In this document: positions 19,655-30,596 of the stretch, piece by piece
How positions within the stretch are numbered: position 1 is the first letter of the stretch
Layout of the letters: each line of letters begins with the position of its first letter
Assembly: GCA_965197925.1 (NCBI GenBank)
Contig: CBDAOC010000011.1
Span: 1-39,714, forward strand
DNA length: 39,714 nucleotides
Direction: 5' to 3'
From: Nitrososphaerales archaeon
GTDB lineage: Archaea; Thermoproteota; Nitrososphaeria; Nitrososphaerales; UBA213
The notes under the pieces: generated by a model
What the model was told of the DNA's origin: nothing
The model's input: the letters and a program-made list of their open reading frames with translations, nothing else
Databases searched by the model: none
Translations under genes and position numbers: made by a program

Positions 19655-21146
19655 AATACTCCTCGCCTATCTCAAAGGGATCTTCCATCTCTGCTGGCTT
19701 GCCACTTGCAGAGCTCTTTAACAAATTATACAGGAAAATTGCCATACCTATCCCCAGGATAAATGCACCTATAGTGGCTATCTGATTCATTGCCAATACA
19801 CTCGGATCTGGAATATAATCCCAAACTCTCCTAGGCATTGCGAACAGTCCCAAGATATGTTGAGTGACGAATACCAATATAGTGCCTATGAATGTCATCA
19901 AGAAATGGACCGTTGCAAGCCTGTCATTGTACATCCTGCCCGTTATCAATGGGAACAGGTAATAGATGAAACCCAAGAATATCATAGATACTGTACCCAT
20001 CAACATGAGATGGAAGTGTCCTACTACCCAATACGTATCATGTGTAATGAAATCCAGTGGAAGTGCAGTATTTAGAACACCGCCTGCACCAGAGGCAAAG
20101 AAAAGCGCTATTCCGCCAAAAACAAACTTCATAGGTGCAGAGAATTTGATCTTTCCTCCCCATGATGTAGCAAGCCAATTGAAAACATGCATGGCAGACA
20201 TTGGAACAGCTGCCAGTGTGCCAACCATGAATACAGTCTTCTCTGTGAATGACATACCAGTTGCAAGCATGTGATGCGCCCATGAAGCGAAGCTTATTAT
20301 CATAAGAACTAGAAGTGCAATCACACCAGAGGTATAGCTAAATATTGGTTTCCTAGAGAACTTTGGCACAAGTTCATATGCCATACCAACGGCTGGCAAA
20401 AGAAAGATGTATACCTCAGGGTGGAAGGTGAACCAGAAGAGATGCTGATACGCGATGGGGTCTCCACCCATAGCAGGGTTGAAAAAACCCGAAATTCCCA
20501 GCCTATCGGTGTACAACATTATCAACGAGGCAGTGAACGTTGGTAAAGCCCCCAAGCTCATGAATGATATGACCAGTATTGACCAGGCGAAGAGTGGCAT
20601 CTTCATGGCAGGCAAGTCAGGATGCTTGCACTTGAGAATTGTAACTATGAAATTAATGGAACCCAAAATTGAGGAAAGTCCTAATATCTTCAATCCAAAT
20701 ATCCACATATCTGCTGCCGGGCCGGGTGCACTTAAGATCGAGTATGGAGGATATGCTGTCCACCCCGTGTCTGAAAAACCCATCCATACGAGTGCTGCTC
20801 CCGGAGGAATCATCCAATAAGCAACAGCGTTTAACTTCGGATAAGCCATATCCTTGTATTTGATCATTATAGGTATCAGGTAGTTACCAACTCCAGCTGA
20901 GAAAGGAAGTATCCATAAGAATAACATGGTTGTACCATGCACGGTGAAAATCCTATTGAATAATGCTGGATCTCCAATCAATGTTTCTCCAGGTAAGAAA
21001 AGTTCAGCTCTTATTATCAAGGCCAGCGCACCACCCAGAAAAATGAATATAATCGACGTTACTATGTAAAGCAAACCCACGTCGGTGTGATGCGTAGAGA
21101 ACAGGATTTCCCATAATGGCCTAGGCTTTCTTACCTCAAGAACCAA
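19626..21146 (-). CDS. coxA: Heme-copper oxidase subunit I (A-type)
   Basis: TVHGTTM, KDMAYP, GWTAYPP, FHPEVY, WAHHM, VGHFHL, MPRR. Confidence 0.97.
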   Translation of the reverse strand: MVLEVRKPRPLWEILFSTHHTDVGLLYIVTSIIFIFLGGALALIIRAELFLPGETLIGDPALFNRIFTVHGTTMLFLWILPFSAGVGNYLIPIMIKYKDMAYPKLNAVAYWMIPPGAALVWMGFSDTGWTAYPPYSILSAPGPAADMWIFGLKILGLSSILGSINFIVTILKCKHPDLPAMKMPLFAWSILVISFMSLGALPTFTASLIMLYTDRLGISGFFNPAMGGDPIAYQHLFWFTFHPEVYIFLLPAVGMAYELVPKFSRKPIFSYTSGVIALLVLMIISFASWAHHMLATGMSFTEKTVFMVGTLAAVPMSAMHVFNWLATSWGGKIKFSAPMKFVFGGIALFFASGAGGVLNTALPLDFITHDTYWVVGHFHLMLMGTVSMIFLGFIYYLFPLITGRMYNDRLATVHFLMTFIGTILVFVTQHILGLFAMPRRVWDYIPDPSVLAMNQIATIGAFILGIGMAIFLYNLLKSSASGKPAEMEDPFEIGEEYYDHRRKEPH

Positions 21147-21149
21147 CTG

Positions 21150-21566
21150 TCATGCCTCCACTATTAAGGTGGCACGCATCTGGTAATGAAGCAATCCACA
21201 GTATTCCCTGCATTGGATCAAGAACTCGCCTGCCTTATTTGGTGCGAACCAAATGTGGTTAATTCTCCCAGGAACAGCATCTATCATAACTGCATAGGAG
21301 GGAATGTTAAATGCATGTATTACATCCTTAGATGTCACCTCGAACTTGTAGGCCTTACCCAACTTTACAGTTAGTTGTCCCACTTCTTTCGTCCCATCAG
21401 GATGCTCAAAGGTCCAGAACCACTGCTGAGACGTGACCTTGATAGTTGTTGCATCTACAGGAATTTCTCCAATGACCCTTTCTGCATCCCATGCAATCGC
21501 TCCGACCCATATTAGGACGGCAACAACAGCTCCCACATAGATCCATTCAACGGTAGTATGACTCAA
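21150..21566 (-). CDS. coxB: Heme-copper oxidase subunit II, CuA domain
   Basis: QQWFWTF, DVIHAF, CREYCGLLHYQM. Confidence 0.95.
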   Translation of the reverse strand: MSHTTVEWIYVGAVVAVLIWVGAIAWDAERVIGEIPVDATTIKVTSQQWFWTFEHPDGTKEVGQLTVKLGKAYKFEVTSKDVIHAFNIPSYAVMIDAVPGRINHIWFAPNKAGEFLIQCREYCGLLHYQMRATLIVEA

Positions 21567-21818
21567 TTATCTTGATACCTCCTCGGATTTGACCTTCTTC
21601 TCTCTAAACCTAAAGATAATGAAGACTATCGTTCCCTGAACGATGGCGCCTACAATGAAGGCTGCAGTCATCAATTCATAAAACAAACTCCAGGCCAAGA
21701 CGTTTCTGTCAACATATTGGGTTTGTTGACCATAGGCAGGTTCCATAATCATTATTAAAGACATCAAAAGTAAGGGTAACAAAAGCAAACCATAAATCTT
21801 GGTTGGAATCAAACCCAC
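21567..21818 (-). CDS. Small membrane protein, split N-terminal TM part of CoxB
   Basis: Signal-like helix plus TM helix ending IFRFREK; directly upstream of coxB. Confidence 0.75.
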   Translation of the reverse strand: MGLIPTKIYGLLLLPLLLMSLIMIMEPAYGQQTQYVDRNVLAWSLFYELMTAAFIVGAIVQGTIVFIIFRFREKKVKSEEVSR

Positions 21819-21835
21819 AATTAATCTGTGAGTCC

Positions 21836-22516
21836 CTACACACTATTTAAAGATTCTGAAGATGAATCATTATTATATTCTTCAAAAATATATCTATTCA
21901 AAGCCATTACATTGAATGCTATTAAATTATACTCAGAGCTACCATGCCTCAGTATTGTCAACGATGCATTTTTTATTGCCATATTCAAGAGAGCCACTGG
22001 TTTTAAATCGAGCATTTTTGTTATAGCAGCTTTTAGTGGATCCAAATGGGTTACCATTAGAACGTTGGTATGTGGATGTTTTTCTGCCACATAGTCAAGC
22101 ATATTGGAAACCCTGTCTTTGATTGCTGTAAATTTTTCTACTTTAAGATTTTTCAACATGGGATCATCATAGTAGAATCCAAGAAAGAGATTGCCGTATT
22201 TTTGTATTACTTCGTCATAACCCAGACCCACTAAAGAACCCATATCTGTCTCATACAGTCTTTCATCTATCACAAAATCAACGCCCAAAGTTTCAGACAC
22301 TATCTTAGCAGTTTCAACTGTCCTTATAACAGGACTTGTGTATATTGCATCGATGGGGATTGATTTTAGACCATTTGCAGTTGAAGCTACTTGTTCTCTA
22401 CCCCTTTCTGTAAGGTGGAATTCCAACTCCCTTCCAGCAAGAATGTGACGGACATTGTTCTCCGCCTCTCCATGCCTCATCATCATTACAATAGCCAATA
22501 CGATTACCTTTTCCAA
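21836..22516 (-). CDS. Histidine phosphatase (phosphoglycerate mutase family)
   Basis: RHGEA..N, LT..G..Q, YTSP..RT.ETA, ERL.ETDMG, VTH. Confidence 0.92.
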   Translation of the reverse strand: MEKVIVLAIVMMMRHGEAENNVRHILAGRELEFHLTERGREQVASTANGLKSIPIDAIYTSPVIRTVETAKIVSETLGVDFVIDERLYETDMGSLVGLGYDEVIQKYGNLFLGFYYDDPMLKNLKVEKFTAIKDRVSNMLDYVAEKHPHTNVLMVTHLDPLKAAITKMLDLKPVALLNMAIKNASLTILRHGSSEYNLIAFNVMALNRYIFEEYNNDSSSESLNSV

Positions 22517-22612
22517 GGCTTCACAATATAAATTAAATGAAAAATTATAAGGTATTATAATACTCCTCTTTATTTATTAAACCTATAAATGTAAAAATTT
22601 TCCAGCTCAAGC

Positions 22613-22804
22613 ATTTTTCCTATTATTTTTCCTATTATTTTTCCTATTATTTTTCCTATTATTTTTCCTATTATTTTTCCTATTATTTTTCCTATTATTT
22701 TTCCTATTATTTTTCCTATTATTTTTCCTATTATTTTTCCTATTATTTTTCCTATTATTTTTCCTATTATTTTTCCTATTATTTTTCCTATTATTTTTCC
22801 TATT
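22613..22804. repeat. Perfect tandem repeat (ATTTTTCCTATT)x16
   Basis: 16 identical 12-bp units with no spacers. Confidence 0.97.
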
Positions 22805-23247
22805 ATCCCTCAGGTTTCCCTTGGGAATCCAAATATCATTGAAGACCAATCTCTGATAAGGCGACTTGTTATAACTATCCAAATCACACCCAGGATACTA
22901 CCCAATTACAGTACGACCTGATATCCTCAAATAACCGCAAACCCATACACCAATACCAAGACAGTAAATGTAAGCTACCAACTAACCGTATTATTTGCTA
23001 GATAAATGAATTTATCAATTCCGTCAAAGTGTATCCCAAGTAACAGAATTTTTCTACGACCGGAGATGATCAGAGGATAGACCTGATCCATCGCATGTCA
23101 ATCTTGAAAAACACTATCCTCAAATTCTTGATAGTTCAAACTTTTCAAAAAACGGTATTGTTAACTTGAACATGATTCTAACCATCAAACTTCATCAATT
23201 TCTGTTGAAGACACAACACTGGTAAAGAAATAAACAAAAATTAGAAG

Positions 23248-25608
23248 TTAATTGGAAATATACCTAGAAGGATCCTTTTCAAAAGATGACTTGCACCCCA
23301 TAGAACAAAAGTAGATCTTTTCTCCTTCATACTCAGATTTGAACTCTACTTTATTTTCGTCTACACTCATGCCACAGATCGGATCCCTTGCCATACTCAC
23401 AATCTTAAGTTTGTTTTTATCTCTTGTACTCTTTTGAAATTTAAAGAATCTAGATTCTAATATCTTCGGTTCTGTTTTATACTTCAACGGCAGGCTTTTC
23501 CTACCAACCTTACTACTGCCAGCTTCAATCTTGGGACTGTACCTTGTCAAAAGTAATGAATTGGCGATTACGGTTGCAGAGCTAGTTGCCATCGCACCCG
23601 CTGCCAAGAACGGAAGGAAACTGTACATTTGAGGACCGAATATAGGTACAAGTGCTCCAGCTGCTATTGGAATTAATGCGCTGTTGTAAGCAAATGCCCA
23701 GAATAGATTCTGCTTTATCTTTGCGAATGTCTTCTTACCAAGCTCTATTGCAGTTACTACATCCCTGAGATCATCCTTGATTAGTATTATTCCACCCGTC
23801 TCCTTCGCTACATCCGTCCCGCTCCCGATAGCTATACCCAGATCTGCAGAAGCAAGGGCAGGCGCGTCATTGATTCCATCACCCACCATTGCTACTGTCT
23901 TCCCCTCACTCTTTATCCGCCCAATAATCTCTTCCTTTTGTTGGGGCAAAACTTCCGAAATAACTCTATCTATTCCAAGTTTGCTTCCGATTGCCTTTGC
24001 TGTCTTTTTGTTGTCGCCTGTAAGCATTACAACTTCAATTCCAATATTTTTTATTGCTCTTATCGCCTCTGGGACATTTTCCTTGATTGTGTCTGATATT
24101 GCTATTATTCCACTTAACTTTTCATCGATAGCTATTAGAGTAGTAGTATTTCCCTGATCTTCTAATTCCTTCATTTGTTTTTCGGCATCCTCTACAGATA
24201 GTCCACTATTTTTCATAAGTTTTCTATTTCCGATAATTATAGAATGACCACCATATGTTGCTTTTATTCCAAGTCCTGCAATAGATTCGAAGTAGTTTGG
24301 ATCAGCAACTATCAGTCCTTCTTGCTTTGCCTTTCTTACCACAGCCTCTCCTAAGGGATGTTCAGAACCTTTCTCTGCTATCGCAGCCAGTCGCAGAACC
24401 TCTTCATTACTAATTCCATCAAGAGAAATGACGTCAGTCACTGAAGGCTCTCCTTTGGTCAGTGTTCCAGTCTTATCAAAGACCATAACCTTGACCTTTC
24501 TCACTATCTCCAAATACTCTCCCCCTTTTATCAGAATACCATTTTCTGCTGCTTTGCCAGCCCCCACCATCAGTGCAGCGGGGGTAGCTATACCCAGAGC
24601 ACACGGGCAAGCAACTATTATCACAGTTACAAAGACCAGCAACGAAAAAGTCAATCCTATTCCTCCAAAGAAGAACCAAGCAAGTGAGGATATTGTTGCG
24701 ATCCCGGTTACCGTTGGAACAAAATATGATGATATTTTATCTGCTAGTTTTTGAATTTGAACCCTGCTAGATTTTGCTTCCTCAACAAGTCTTATTATCT
24801 GGGATAATACGGTTCCCTGACCAACCTTCGTTGCTCTGAACTTCAACAATCCTCTCTTGTTGATTGTGGCACCTATCACCTCGTCTCCAACTTCTTTCTC
24901 AACGGATATACTCTCCCCTGTTATTACAGCCTGGTCTACAGATGAATATCCTTCAACCACTATTCCATCAACAGGGATTTTTTCTCCCGGCTTGACTATC
25001 AAAAGATCATCCATCTCAACTTTTTCAACAGGAACCTCAATTTCACTACCCTCCTTAATGACATGAGCCAATATAGGCTTAAGATCCAAAAGATTTCTGA
25101 GCGCTTTGGATGCCTTTGTTTTGGTTCTATGTTCAAGCATTCTACCAACCAGTATCAAGAGGATTATTATCGCTGCAGTTTCAAAGTATACTTCCTTAAA
25201 TAGAATTATGGCGGGCATAAAAGTTACAATAGTACTGTACAACCAAGCGGTAGTAGTACTTAATGCTATTAGCACATCCATATTGGCTATCCTATGCTTA
25301 AGTGCATCTAGGGTTCCACGATAGAATCTCCAACCTATCCAGAACTGAATGGGAGTTGCCAAAGCAAAAAGGACATAATGATTTATCTCAAGAGGAAAGA
25401 TGTTAACGTACATCAAGAATATTATAAGTGCCGTCAAAATTGTACCTATTGTTATATGTTTTCTAAGCTTACTCAGTTCTTTTGCAGGAGCCATGAACTC
25501 ATCGAAGCAGTTGTTACTGCAAAAGTAATATCTGACACCTTCAACCTCTTCACTAATAGAGGCCTTCCTTTCTTCCACGAACATTCCACACACAGGATCT
25601 TTTGCCAT
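23248..25608 (-). CDS. copA: Cu(I)-translocating P1B-type ATPase with N- and C-terminal YHS/TRASH domains
   Basis: [29 protein letters not shown] and MATSS ligands. DPVCGM..YFCS..C occurs at both termini. Confidence 0.95.
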   Translation of the reverse strand: MAKDPVCGMFVEERKASISEEVEGVRYYFCSNNCFDEFMAPAKELSKLRKHITIGTILTALIIFLMYVNIFPLEINHYVLFALATPIQFWIGWRFYRGTLDALKHRIANMDVLIALSTTTAWLYSTIVTFMPAIILFKEVYFETAAIIILLILVGRMLEHRTKTKASKALRNLLDLKPILAHVIKEGSEIEVPVEKVEMDDLLIVKPGEKIPVDGIVVEGYSSVDQAVITGESISVEKEVGDEVIGATINKRGLLKFRATKVGQGTVLSQIIRLVEEAKSSRVQIQKLADKISSYFVPTVTGIATISSLAWFFFGGIGLTFSLLVFVTVIIVACPCALGIATPAALMVGAGKAAENGILIKGGEYLEIVRKVKVMVFDKTGTLTKGEPSVTDVISLDGISNEEVLRLAAIAEKGSEHPLGEAVVRKAKQEGLIVADPNYFESIAGLGIKATYGGHSIIIGNRKLMKNSGLSVEDAEKQMKELEDQGNTTTLIAIDEKLSGIIAISDTIKENVPEAIRAIKNIGIEVVMLTGDNKKTAKAIGSKLGIDRVISEVLPQQKEEIIGRIKSEGKTVAMVGDGINDAPALASADLGIAIGSGTDVAKETGGIILIKDDLRDVVTAIELGKKTFAKIKQNLFWAFAYNSALIPIAAGALVPIFGPQMYSFLPFLAAGAMATSSATVIANSLLLTRYSPKIEAGSSKVGRKSLPLKYKTEPKILESRFFKFQKSTRDKNKLKIVSMARDPICGMSVDENKVEFKSEYEGEKIYFCSMGCKSSFEKDPSRYISN

Positions 25609-25742
25609 ATCATCTAATTTGCAATTTTAAATAATATAAATTAAGGCTAAAAGTATCATTAGACAACGTGAGCATATCTAGCAGCTGACAGACATTCCTT
25701 AGGAAAAAAGAATTAATATTAATTGCATCCAAGCAAGAGTCT

Positions 25743-26414
25743 GTGAAGATCGGTATTATAGGGGGCACAGGTGGAATGGGGGAGGGTTTGGCCATGAGAT
25801 GGAGTATAAACCACGATGTTGTGGTTGGTTCCAGGGATGCGCAACGAGCCGTTGACTCTGCTGCGGTGTACTCCAAAGTTGTTGCAGGATTCTACGGTTC
25901 CAAAATGAGAGGGAGTATAAGTGGCAATGAAAATATTGCAATTGCAATGGATTGTGATCTATTGGTGCTATCTATACCATATGACTACATAGATGATATG
26001 TGTATGAGAATCTCTAATGTTGTAACAGACAAATCTATTATAAGTCCTATCGTCCCCATGAAGAAAAGTGATGATGGTTTTGAATACATACCAATAAAAG
26101 AAAATGTTGAATCAGCTGCAGAAAGGGTTGCTTCCAAAATGCCATCCAGATCTAGGATCGTGGCTGCCTTGCATACAATATCAGAAGTCAAGTTAAAGCG
26201 CTTGGATGAAAGCCTTGATTGTGATGCATTCGTCTGTGGGGACGATGTCAATACTGTTCATCTTGTAAGTAACTTGATAGGTGAGATCAGGGGTCTAAGA
26301 CCTCTCTACTTGGGGCCTTTATCAATATCCTACCAAGCTGAAATGATGACGCCTTTGTTACTGAATGCTTCTAAACTTAACAAGATCAAGCACCCTGGAC
26401 TGAAAATAATTTAA
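25743..26414 (+). CDS. npdG: NADPH-dependent F420 reductase
   Basis: IGIIGGTGGMGEGLA, GSR, SPIVPM, SAAE, ALHTIS, VCGDD, GLRP..GPL. Confidence 0.92.
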   Translation: MKIGIIGGTGGMGEGLAMRWSINHDVVVGSRDAQRAVDSAAVYSKVVAGFYGSKMRGSISGNENIAIAMDCDLLVLSIPYDYIDDMCMRISNVVTDKSIISPIVPMKKSDDGFEYIPIKENVESAAERVASKMPSRSRIVAALHTISEVKLKRLDESLDCDAFVCGDDVNTVHLVSNLIGEIRGLRPLYLGPLSISYQAEMMTPLLLNASKLNKIKHPGLKII

Positions 26415-26432
26415 AACTACCAATGTTGATAA

Positions 26433-26672
26433 TTGTATGTGGGGCATCGAAGAATAACGACCTGGTATTCTGCCATGGCCATCCTCTTTGCAGTAATGGC
26501 TATAATAGTGATGTTGAGAGACCTCGCACTGTTTGGCCCGGAGTTTTTTGCAGAGTTCGTTGTTAACAATGAGCTAACTAATGAAAAAGTAAGTCTAGTC
26601 ATGTTCGGCATTGCAGGTGTAATTTTTGCTATTGGTGTAAGCAAGAGCAAACAGCTCTATAGAGAAAGCTAA
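26433..26672 (+). CDS. Small two-TM hypothetical protein
   Basis: Two hydrophobic helices; immediately follows npdG. Confidence 0.6.
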   Translation: MYVGHRRITTWYSAMAILFAVMAIIVMLRDLALFGPEFFAEFVVNNELTNEKVSLVMFGIAGVIFAIGVSKSKQLYRES

Positions 26673-27562
26673 CCTGAACGGATTGATGCATCCAATTCCA
26701 TTAGTCGTTTGATCCTTTCTTCCACTTGTGTGTGTAGAAAATAAACGTGTTATGAAACCTCTAGTCACTACAGGATTTTTGAAAAATGCGTTAATCCCTA
26801 CAACCTCTCCTCGCTTTCGTTTCGGTGCCATCTTTATCTAACCACTGATTTTCATGAGCACCCTTGATAGGAATTTTGGTTGACCACTCATAAAAGCTAC
26901 TTCCCTGACTGCAACAAATTCTCTATAACGTGAAATTGTACGGATTATAAGATAACTCAAGAACTACACCCCTGCCACTATCAATACCAGAAAAATACCA
27001 CCATCCTGTTGTCTGCCATAGCCATAACCCATACTGTTGAACATTGACGAATACATAATGAACCATGCAATTGTGGAGAACAAACTCACGAGTGTTATTA
27101 TTGTAATATCTCTATGTTTAATATGGCCAACTCGTGTCCGATAACAGCTTCAAGTTCTTGCTTTTCAATAATTCCCATCAACCCAGTTGTTACCGCAACA
27201 ACTGAATTTTTTGTGGTCTTGCCCGTACCAAACACATTCGGTAAGGGTGTCTTGATGATCGCTATCTATAGGTTAGACACATTTTACCTCCTTACAGGAT
27301 TTTCAACAATGAGTGAAGATTCTGATATTTTTCCTTGCTAACGAGCTTGGCTGGCTCTTGTGCTCCATAAGACTATTCTGTCTGAAAAATACTATAATGG
27401 CATTATCATCAATCCTGCTATTATTGCTAATGGCATTATCTCAAGCTCAAAGTAAAATCCAATAAAGCTAAAAAATCCAATATAGAGCAAACTGAGGACC
27501 GCAAAACTTGGTACCATTTTCACCGTCAAACTTCGATCGCGCTTCTGTCACTGAGGCTTCAT
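26669..27562 (-). pseudogene. htpX: HtpX zinc metalloprotease pseudogene
   Basis: Fragments YFSDRIVLWST, VAVTTGL...ELEAVIGHELA/HRDI, ISRYREF, LFSTH, ERIKRL, separated by several stops and frameshifts. Confidence 0.88.
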
Positions 27563-27616
27563 AAGAATTATTTTATGGAAAGAGGGAATTAAAATCTCAC
27601 GATGCAAATTTCAACA

Positions 27617-28807
27617 TTAATTATTTGCCAAAAAACTCTCAAGTTTGTCCATTGCTTCTTCAAGGATCTCAATTGATGGTAAGAACACCATTCTGAAATG
27701 CCCCCCTCCATATTTCTTACCAAATCCAGAACCATGAACGGACAAAACACCTGTATTCTTTACCAAATCCTTCACAAAGTCAACATCATTCTTCCATCTG
27801 TTATCACCAAGATTTATCTTGGGAAAAATGTAAAAAGCACCTTTCGGCCTTGTGAATGATAACCTATGCATTCCGTCAAGTCTCTTCATCATATAGTCAC
27901 GTCTAGAACGCAATTTGCTTACCATATCTTTTATGTGATCCTCTGAACCTCGTAATGCTTCGATTACAGCTTTCTGAACCGGTGTATTGGCCGCTATTCT
28001 TACCCTTGCCAACTTGGGTATATTTTCGCGTAAATCATCGAGTGCCTTTGAAGCACTATTCATACATAGATAACCCAACCTTAGACCAGTCATCAGATAT
28101 ACTTTGGAGAATCCGTTGAGCATTATAATCGGAACTTCATTTGCATATCTTCCGATGCCAGTGAACTTATCATCAAAGATGATCCTATCGTAAATTTCGT
28201 CGCATAGAAGAAATAAATTATGTTCCGCTGCAACCTGCACAAAATCCTTAAGGGTCTTACCATCATAGACAGCCCCTGTTGGATTATTGGGGCTTATCAC
28301 AGTTAGAGCGACGGTCTTGCTAGTGATCTTCGATCTAATATCATCTATGTCGGGCTGCCAACCATTATCTTCTATGCTTTTGTATTCCACAGGTTTACCC
28401 CCATGTAATTTAGCGTATGAAGAATATGGCGGATAGCAAGGACCAGGCATAAGAATTTCATCTCCATCCTCCAGGATAGAGGCCATAACCATATCAACAC
28501 CTTCAGATACTCCATTAGTAATCAACACATCGTTTGGATTGGCGTTCAACCCCTTTTTCTTCTCCCTCTCAGCAATTATCTTACGAAGCTCATCCAATCC
28601 TTCAGAAGGAGCGTAATTTGTTTCGTCTCTCTTTATTGCGTTTATCAGAGCATCTTTGACATGGGGTGGTGTTTTAAAATCGTATGCAACAGGATCCCCT
28701 ATATTGAGGTAGAGTATGTTTTTTCCTTTTCTCTCAAGTTCCTTTGCATATATGACGATATCACGTATTGCATACTCTACTCCTTTGACACGCTCTGATA
28801 TTTTCAA
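27617..28807 (-). CDS. Class I/II PLP aminotransferase (alanine aminotransferase-like)
   Basis: YAIRD, LNIGDP, NPTG, DEIYD, FSKVYLMTGLRLG, HFRMVFLP. Confidence 0.92.
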   Translation of the reverse strand: MKISERVKGVEYAIRDIVIYAKELERKGKNILYLNIGDPVAYDFKTPPHVKDALINAIKRDETNYAPSEGLDELRKIIAEREKKKGLNANPNDVLITNGVSEGVDMVMASILEDGDEILMPGPCYPPYSSYAKLHGGKPVEYKSIEDNGWQPDIDDIRSKITSKTVALTVISPNNPTGAVYDGKTLKDFVQVAAEHNLFLLCDEIYDRIIFDDKFTGIGRYANEVPIIMLNGFSKVYLMTGLRLGYLCMNSASKALDDLRENIPKLARVRIAANTPVQKAVIEALRGSEDHIKDMVSKLRSRRDYMMKRLDGMHRLSFTRPKGAFYIFPKINLGDNRWKNDVDFVKDLVKNTGVLSVHGSGFGKKYGGGHFRMVFLPSIEILEEAMDKLESFLANN

Positions 28808-29040
28808 TTACATCAACACGTAGGATTTTGCCTATTTTAATGCTAAGGATTTGCTATGAAAAGCAGCGAAATTTAGAGAGTTAAGTGGGATCGTGTAAAA
28901 GTATAGTCGATCGGTATTTCTGGTGGTCTCTCAGTCGTCTGATTTTACAGCTTATATTTCCTTATAAATTAGTCATAGAATAATTATTTGGTTCGACACA
29001 TCATATTAAAAAAGATTGAAAATCTATCAAATAACTACAT

Positions 29041-30134
29041 GAGGCTTGGGCGTAATTTAGTTCGAAACGATAAGATCAGGTTTCAATTTTCATTGGTAAT
29101 GTGTTTAGCTCAGACTCGATACTCCTTCGTATATTTTTTTTGATTGACGTGATTCCTTGGTCAAAACCTAATAGGAAAAGGGGTAGACCATTCTACTATT
29201 CTCCTACAGTTATGGTAGATGCTTCATCGTTAGAGTATGGGTAAGAATACCAAGCAACAATGCTTTGCATGAATACTATTCGATAGACATGCCATACAAC
29301 AGGAAGGTAATGAAGGCATGTGGTCTTGATAGGTTGCCAGACAGAAGAACATTCGACAGAAGGTCAAGGCCGTATCAATTGACATAAGATCAAGGATAGA
29401 TGTTATGGGTATGCTCTTCATAAAAGATGGGTTGGTAGACCCAGCCATAGTATCCGTTGACAGTTCATTGTTGAAAGCAAAGGGACATGTATGGCATAGA
29501 TCAAACATGAAGAAGAATGAAGTGCCACGCTCGGGTATAGATACAGATGCTCGATGGGGATTCAGCAGAACCAAGGGATGGGTATTCGGATACAAGATGC
29601 ATCTAGCATGTAGTACTGGTTCGTTGATAGTTCCATTATCAGCTGATTTCACAACAGCTAACATTACTGATAACAAGATGTATGAAAGCATAACATCTTC
29701 ATTGCCTACAGGAATGGTAAGGTATGTTGTAGGAGATGAAGGATATGATGATCACAAGTTATGTGATTTCAGCAGGTATAGAGGGCATCCAGTATTCCCA
29801 TTGGAAAGGTATAGGCATACTACAGATAATAATAGACTGGCATTGCTGCAGTTCTATAACTCTGAATATGGGCAGCATGTATATTCGCAAAGAAGCATAA
29901 GCGTTGAACCATTGATAGAGCATATGAAGGATGTATTTACCATAGATCCATTGCCAGTTAGAGGATTTGATAAGGTAAGGAGTATGGTGTTGTTATCAGT
30001 ATTGTTGTATCAGGTAATGGTTTACTACAACTACTTGACAGGAAGGCCTCTTAGGGCATTGAAGCACATTCTTGGAAGTTAATCAATCAGATGCATCAAG
30101 TTATTTTTGTTATATGGAATAATGCCCATGCCTC
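29041..30134 (+). mobile_element. IS copy C, diverged isoform of copies A/B
   Basis: Essentially the same TIRs, 1094 bp, with substitutions and indels relative to A/B. Confidence 0.92.
29405..30082 (+). CDS. Transposase catalytic domain
   Basis: Nearly identical to 5596-6270; has KGWVFG where A/B have KGRVFG. Confidence 0.85.
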   Translation: MGMLFIKDGLVDPAIVSVDSSLLKAKGHVWHRSNMKKNEVPRSGIDTDARWGFSRTKGWVFGYKMHLACSTGSLIVPLSADFTTANITDNKMYESITSSLPTGMVRYVVGDEGYDDHKLCDFSRYRGHPVFPLERYRHTTDNNRLALLQFYNSEYGQHVYSQRSISVEPLIEHMKDVFTIDPLPVRGFDKVRSMVLLSVLLYQVMVYYNYLTGRPLRALKHILGS

Positions 30135-30596
30135 AGTTAGTTAGGGACACTTATACAACAAATATTGTTGAAAATAATTTGAGCTCCTTGGTGCACCCAT
30201 CTGCAGATATTTCAGGCTCGAACAATCATGATTAAAACTATGAATTTGAAGAACCAATAAGATAATCGGGCTTACCATAAAATGATTAAGTGATGATAAT
30301 TTGACAATGGAATCTAGTATGTAGGATTATTATGAATAAGGGAACTGACGAAGAAAATGCATGTCAAAGGAATAGTTATCAAATCCATGGGGTGGTAGTT
30401 TGCACCTCAACCAAGTAGTGAGTGCAATAATGCTTTGAAGACATTGAAGGAGCCTGGACCGGCCACAAGAACCTATGATTCTATGCAAGGAAATTACGAG
30501 AATAAGATCGATTTTGATTTTTAGCAAATATCATCAAGAGGTACGATGATGTCTAGTCATAAAGCCTTAGAATCATATGAATATTGTTATCTTATC

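Noticed and set aside
22613..22804. CRISPR array
   Set aside because: Head-to-tail 12-mers with no spacers and no cas genes.
22607..22882. 91-aa NNRK-repeat protein as a confident CDS
   Set aside because: The open frame is explained by the repeat unit, it has a TTG start, and nothing else supports it.
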